Shown: positions 37,254 to 40,402 of the stretch, piece by piece
Layout: every line of letters starts with the position of its first letter
Numbering within the stretch: position 1 is the stretch's first letter
Source of the DNA: a bacterium
GTDB lineage: Bacteria; ARS69
Length of the DNA stretch: 40,402 bases
Reading direction: 5' to 3'
Assembly: GCA_025774865.1 (NCBI GenBank)
Contig: JALGZO010000206.1
Span: 1 to 40,402, forward strand
Program-made: the position numbers and the translations under genes
The notes under the pieces: generated by a model
What the model saw: the letters and a program-made list of their open reading frames with translations, nothing else
Database searches by the model: none
Told to the model about the DNA's origin: nothing

Positions 37254-39822
37254 CTCCCGGTCCGCGCCGTCCCCCGACAAATCGAGGAGCAAGGCTCGGC
37301 GGAAGTCGCCGGCGGCGAAGCAGCGACCCGCGGCGAGCAAGCGGAAGACGGCGAGCAAGCGGCCCGCGGCGAGCAAGCGAACGACAGCGAAGAAGCGGTC
37401 CGCGAAGGTGCCGCGGATCTCGTTCGCGCACGGCTCAGACACTGTCCGCTTCCCGGCGGAGCTTCCGCTCCTGCCGCTGCGTGACGTGGTGATCTTTCCG
37501 GGGATGATGGTGCCGCTCCTCGTCGGGCGGCCGGCATCCGTCGCCGCGATCGAGGCGGCGATGGCCCGCGACAAGTACTTCGCGGTCGTCGCCCAGAAGG
37601 ACCCGCAGGAGACGGAGCCCGATCCGGAGGATCTCCACGACGTCGGCAGCGTCGTGCGGGCGATCCAGATCCTCAAGATCCCCGACGGCACGATGAAGAT
37701 TCTGGTGGAGGGGCTCTGCCGCGTCCGCGTGGAGCGGGTCGGGTGGCGGGGAGATCACCTCTCGGTGCGCATGTCGCTGGCCGAGTTCGACGTGAAGTCG
37801 AGCACCGAGATGAAGGCCCTCACGCGGCGGTGTGTGGCGAGCTTTCAGGAGTACGTGCAGCTCAACCGTCGGATTCCGGACGAGATCGTCGCGACCATCG
37901 GTAACGTGAACGATGCGCGGGGCGTCGCGCACGTGATTTCCGGACATCTCCTCGTGGATCTCGCGCAGAGGCAGGATCTGCTCGGCACGATCGACCTCAA
38001 GGAGCAGCTCGAGAAACTGGCGCGCATCCTGGATGAAGAGCTCGAGATCCTCCGGATCGAGCGCAAGATCGAGGGAGACGTCCGCACCCGCGTGTCGCGC
38101 GGGCAGAAGGAATTCTTCCTCCAGGAACAGCTCAAGGCCATTCGCAAGGAGCTCGGGGAGACCGGCAGCGACGACGACGATGGCGCGGAGCTCCTCGCGG
38201 CGATCAAGAAGTCCGGGATGCCCAAGGACGTGCGTGAGAAAGCGGTGGCCGAGGTTCAGCGGTTGAGCCGGATGAGCCCGATGTCGCCGGAAGCCTCCGT
38301 GGTGCGTGGTTACGTGGAGACGCTCACTTCGCTTCCGTGGAAGAAGCGGACTCGCGACCGCCTGGATCTCGACCGCGCGCGGGAGATTCTCGACGAGGAC
38401 CACTACGGACTCGACAAGGTGAAGGATCGAATCCTGGAGTACCTCGCGGTGGTGAAGCTCGTGAAGCGTCCGCGGGGCTCGATTCTCTGCCTCGTGGGGC
38501 CACCGGGGGTGGGCAAGACGTCGCTGGGTCGCTCCGTGGCCCGGGCGCTCGGACGGAAGTTCGTGAGGGTGTCGCTCGGCGGCGTGCGCGACGAGGCGGA
38601 GATCCGGGGACACCGCCGCACTTACATCGGCTCGATGCCGGGGCGCATCATCCAAGGGATCCGGCGCGCCGGCACCAAGAACCCGGTGTTCCTGCTCGAC
38701 GAAGTGGACAAGCTCTCGTCGGACTTCCGTGGTGATCCCGCGTCGGCGTTGCTCGAAGTGCTCGATCCCGAGCAGAACCGCGTGTTCAGCGATCACTATC
38801 TCGACTGCGACTTCGACCTCTCCGAAGTGCTCTTCATCACCACCGCGAACGTGCTCCCGGCGATCCCGCCGCCGCTTCGCGACCGCATGGAGATCCTGCG
38901 CCTGCCCGGTTACCTCGAGCACGAGAAGCTCGGCATCGCGAAGAAGTTCCTGCTGCCGAAGCAGCTCGCTGAGCATGGGCTCACGCCCGACGATCTCAGC
39001 GTGTCGAACGAAGTCTGGAAGATGCTCGTCACGCGGTACACCCGCGAGGCCGGTGTACGGAACCTGGAGCGCGAGATCGCGTCACTTTGCCGAAAGGTCG
39101 CCCGCCAGAAGGTGAGGGGAACGGGGCAGAAGATGCGCGTGGGCATGAAGAAGCTCGAGAGCCTGCTCGGCCCGCCGCGGTTTCCGGAGCGGCGTCTGCC
39201 CGAGGAGGACCGCGTCGGGGTGGCGTCGGGGCTCGCGTGGACGGAATACGGCGGCGATGTGCTTCCCGTGGAAGTGGCCGTGCTCGCCGGCAGCGGGAAG
39301 ATCTCGCTCACGGGGCGGCTCGGCGAGGTCATGCGCGAGTCCGCGAAGACGGCGCTGACGTACGCTCGGAGCCGCGCGTCGGAGCTCGGCCTGTCGAACG
39401 ATTTCGCGGATCGGATCGATCTGCACGTCCACATGCCGGAAGGTGCCATCCCGAAGGACGGGCCGAGCGCGGGCGTGTGCATCGCGACCGCGGTCATCTC
39501 GGCGCTGACCCGCGTGCCCGTCCGGCGCGACGTCGCGATGACCGGCGAAATCACGCTACTCGGGAACGTGCTGCCGATCGGCGGGCTGAACGAGAAGGTC
39601 GTCGCGGCCGCGCTCGCGGGCTACTCGCACGTGATCGTGCCGAAGGCGAACGAGCCCGACTGGCAGGAGCTCACTTCCGAGGTGAGGAAGGATCTCCGCG
39701 TGACGTTCGTCGAGCACGTGAGCGAGGCACTCCGGCACGCTCTCGTTCCGTCGCCCATCGTGTCCCGGCTGATCGAGGCGCCGAAGAGTCCCCCGCCGGG
39801 GCTCCCGGGGATCGCGCACTGA
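37213..39822 (+). CDS. lon: Lon protease (LonA) with a ~70-aa basic low-complexity N-terminal extension
   Basis: LAN domain start [23 protein letters not shown], Walker [10 protein letters not shown] and protease Ser in PKDGPSAG. There is no in-frame ATG before the LAN domain. The TTG at 37213 has GGAAGGAG 8 nt upstream. An alternative GTG lies at 37408. Confidence 0.93.
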   Translation: MSSSRKSGRKRKPSSRSAPSPDKSRSKARRKSPAAKQRPAASKRKTASKRPAASKRTTAKKRSAKVPRISFAHGSDTVRFPAELPLLPLRDVVIFPGMMVPLLVGRPASVAAIEAAMARDKYFAVVAQKDPQETEPDPEDLHDVGSVVRAIQILKIPDGTMKILVEGLCRVRVERVGWRGDHLSVRMSLAEFDVKSSTEMKALTRRCVASFQEYVQLNRRIPDEIVATIGNVNDARGVAHVISGHLLVDLAQRQDLLGTIDLKEQLEKLARILDEELEILRIERKIEGDVRTRVSRGQKEFFLQEQLKAIRKELGETGSDDDDGAELLAAIKKSGMPKDVREKAVAEVQRLSRMSPMSPEASVVRGYVETLTSLPWKKRTRDRLDLDRAREILDEDHYGLDKVKDRILEYLAVVKLVKRPRGSILCLVGPPGVGKTSLGRSVARALGRKFVRVSLGGVRDEAEIRGHRRTYIGSMPGRIIQGIRRAGTKNPVFLLDEVDKLSSDFRGDPASALLEVLDPEQNRVFSDHYLDCDFDLSEVLFITTANVLPAIPPPLRDRMEILRLPGYLEHEKLGIAKKFLLPKQLAEHGLTPDDLSVSNEVWKMLVTRYTREAGVRNLEREIASLCRKVARQKVRGTGQKMRVGMKKLESLLGPPRFPERRLPEEDRVGVASGLAWTEYGGDVLPVEVAVLAGSGKISLTGRLGEVMRESAKTALTYARSRASELGLSNDFADRIDLHVHMPEGAIPKDGPSAGVCIATAVISALTRVPVRRDVAMTGEITLLGNVLPIGGLNEKVVAAALAGYSHVIVPKANEPDWQELTSEVRKDLRVTFVEHVSEALRHALVPSPIVSRLIEAPKSPPPGLPGIAH
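37312..37401 (+). repeat. Five tandem 18-nt (hexapeptide) repeats inside the Lon 5' region
   Basis: The units are gcggcgaagcagcgaccc, gcggcgagcaagcggaag, acggcgagcaagcggccc, gcggcgagcaagcgaacg and acagcgaagaagcggtcc. They encode [30 protein letters not shown]. Confidence 0.8.
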
Positions 39823-39927
39823 ACTCGGGCTCGAGGGCCGCCTCTCCGTTGATCAAACCGGGAAGCGCGTGTTAGAAAGGGCGGGCCATTCTCGACACGG
39901 AACCGCGCCAGCCCGAGTCTCTGCCGG

Positions 39928-40402
39928 ATGATATTCACTCTAGTAGCCCTGCTCATGTTGTCCGCCGCGGTGTCCCGGGCGGCACCCAGTGAGATGCCCG
40001 GGAGGCACGTCTCGGAGTCCCGGATCGTCCGGACCGGGCGACCCATGGACCTCGAAGCGAGAATCGACGCGTGGGTGCGCGACGCGATGCGTCTGCTCCA
40101 CGAAGGGCGACCGGAAGAAGCCGACCAAGTCGCGAAGCGCTTGATCCGGGTGGCCCCGGAGGATCCCCGCGCATACCTCGTGCAGGCCCGCGTGCTACGC
40201 GAGGGTGTGTCGGACCAGAACCACGCGCGCGACAGCTTGAAGCCCCAAGTCGCCTCGATCCATTCGGTGTTGGAGCAGTGCATCGCCCTCGCTGACGAGA
40301 TCCTGGACCGTGATCCCGACTCACCCCAAGGGCTTCTCTATCGAGGATGGGGGAAGATGTTCAAGGCGCAGCTTCACGCTCTCGCCTTCGAAAGCTGGAG
40401 CG
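39928..40402 (+). CDS. Hypothetical secreted helical (TPR-like) protein, 5' part (runs off the right edge)
   Basis: My own translation from ATG 39928 is open to the window end. It reads MIFTLVALLMLSAAVSRAAP... (signal-peptide-like) then ...RLLHEGRPEEADQVAKRLIRVAPEDPRAYLVQARVL.... Third codon positions are mostly G/C. It is absent from the ORF track because it has no stop in the window. Confidence 0.55.
   Translation, partial: MIFTLVALLMLSAAVSRAAPSEMPGRHVSESRIVRTGRPMDLEARIDAWVRDAMRLLHEGRPEEADQVAKRLIRVAPEDPRAYLVQARVLREGVSDQNHARDSLKPQVASIHSVLEQCIALADEILDRDPDSPQGLLYRGWGKMFKAQLHALAFESWS

Noticed and set aside
39621-40283. A 220-aa minus-strand ORF, plus the 39953-40324 minus and 40071-40295 plus ORFs, at the right edge.
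   Set aside because: Their translations are Arg/Pro/Gly-rich. The first overlaps the lon 3' end. The + strand frame from 39928 has a signal peptide, sensible helical sequence and a G/C-rich third-position bias, so these ORFs are shadows of that gene.

Overview
This is a visibly GC-rich bacterial chromosomal segment (composition not computed). It holds about 42 protein genes and one tRNA, nearly all recognisable core metabolism or housekeeping. Genes sit in tight operons, many joined by 4-nt ATGA/GTGA start/stop overlaps.

Layout:
- (i) 1-3236 (+): trkH and two tandem CNNM/CorB-type transporters.
- (ii) 3291-11785 (+): an 11-gene acyl-CoA operon. Order is meaB, an isobutyryl-CoA-mutase-like large subunit, two B12-binding subunits, scoA/scoB CoA-transferase, acyl-CoA dehydrogenase, thiolase, a small membrane ORF and hbd.
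- (iii) 11845-16680: a rapA-like Snf2 ATPase (-), divergent from thyA-folA (+), followed by an unusual NYN-nuclease/cold-shock-domain gene.
- (iv) 16687-23639: an A-type Fe-S carrier, a small ferredoxin, and an Rrf2-sufB-sufC-sufD-sufS-sufU-sufT operon.
- (v) 23841-24740: a secreted DUF4097-like repeat protein.
- (vi) 24746-31253 (-): FAH-family gene, pccB, biotin carboxylase, BCCP, methylmalonyl-CoA mutase and epimerase.
- (vii) 31319-33825: a DUF1579-like secreted protein, then a thioesterase-thiolase pair.
- (viii) 33875-39822: tRNA-Leu(UAG), tig, clpP, clpX, lon.
- Right edge: a partial secreted helical-repeat ORF.

I see no CRISPR array, transposase, integrase, phage gene, toxin-antitoxin pair or recognised defence gene. 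I cannot honestly point to a convincing new multi-gene system.

The items most worth follow-up are:
- the NYN-CSD fusion protein;
- the Lys/Arg/Ala-rich tandem-repeat N-terminal tail on Lon;
- two acyl-CoA mutase paralogs with different substrate signatures, which share one MeaB and a tandem pair of B12-binding subunits located at only one of the two loci.

All functional calls rest on motif and family recognition by eye. No BLAST or HMM search was run.
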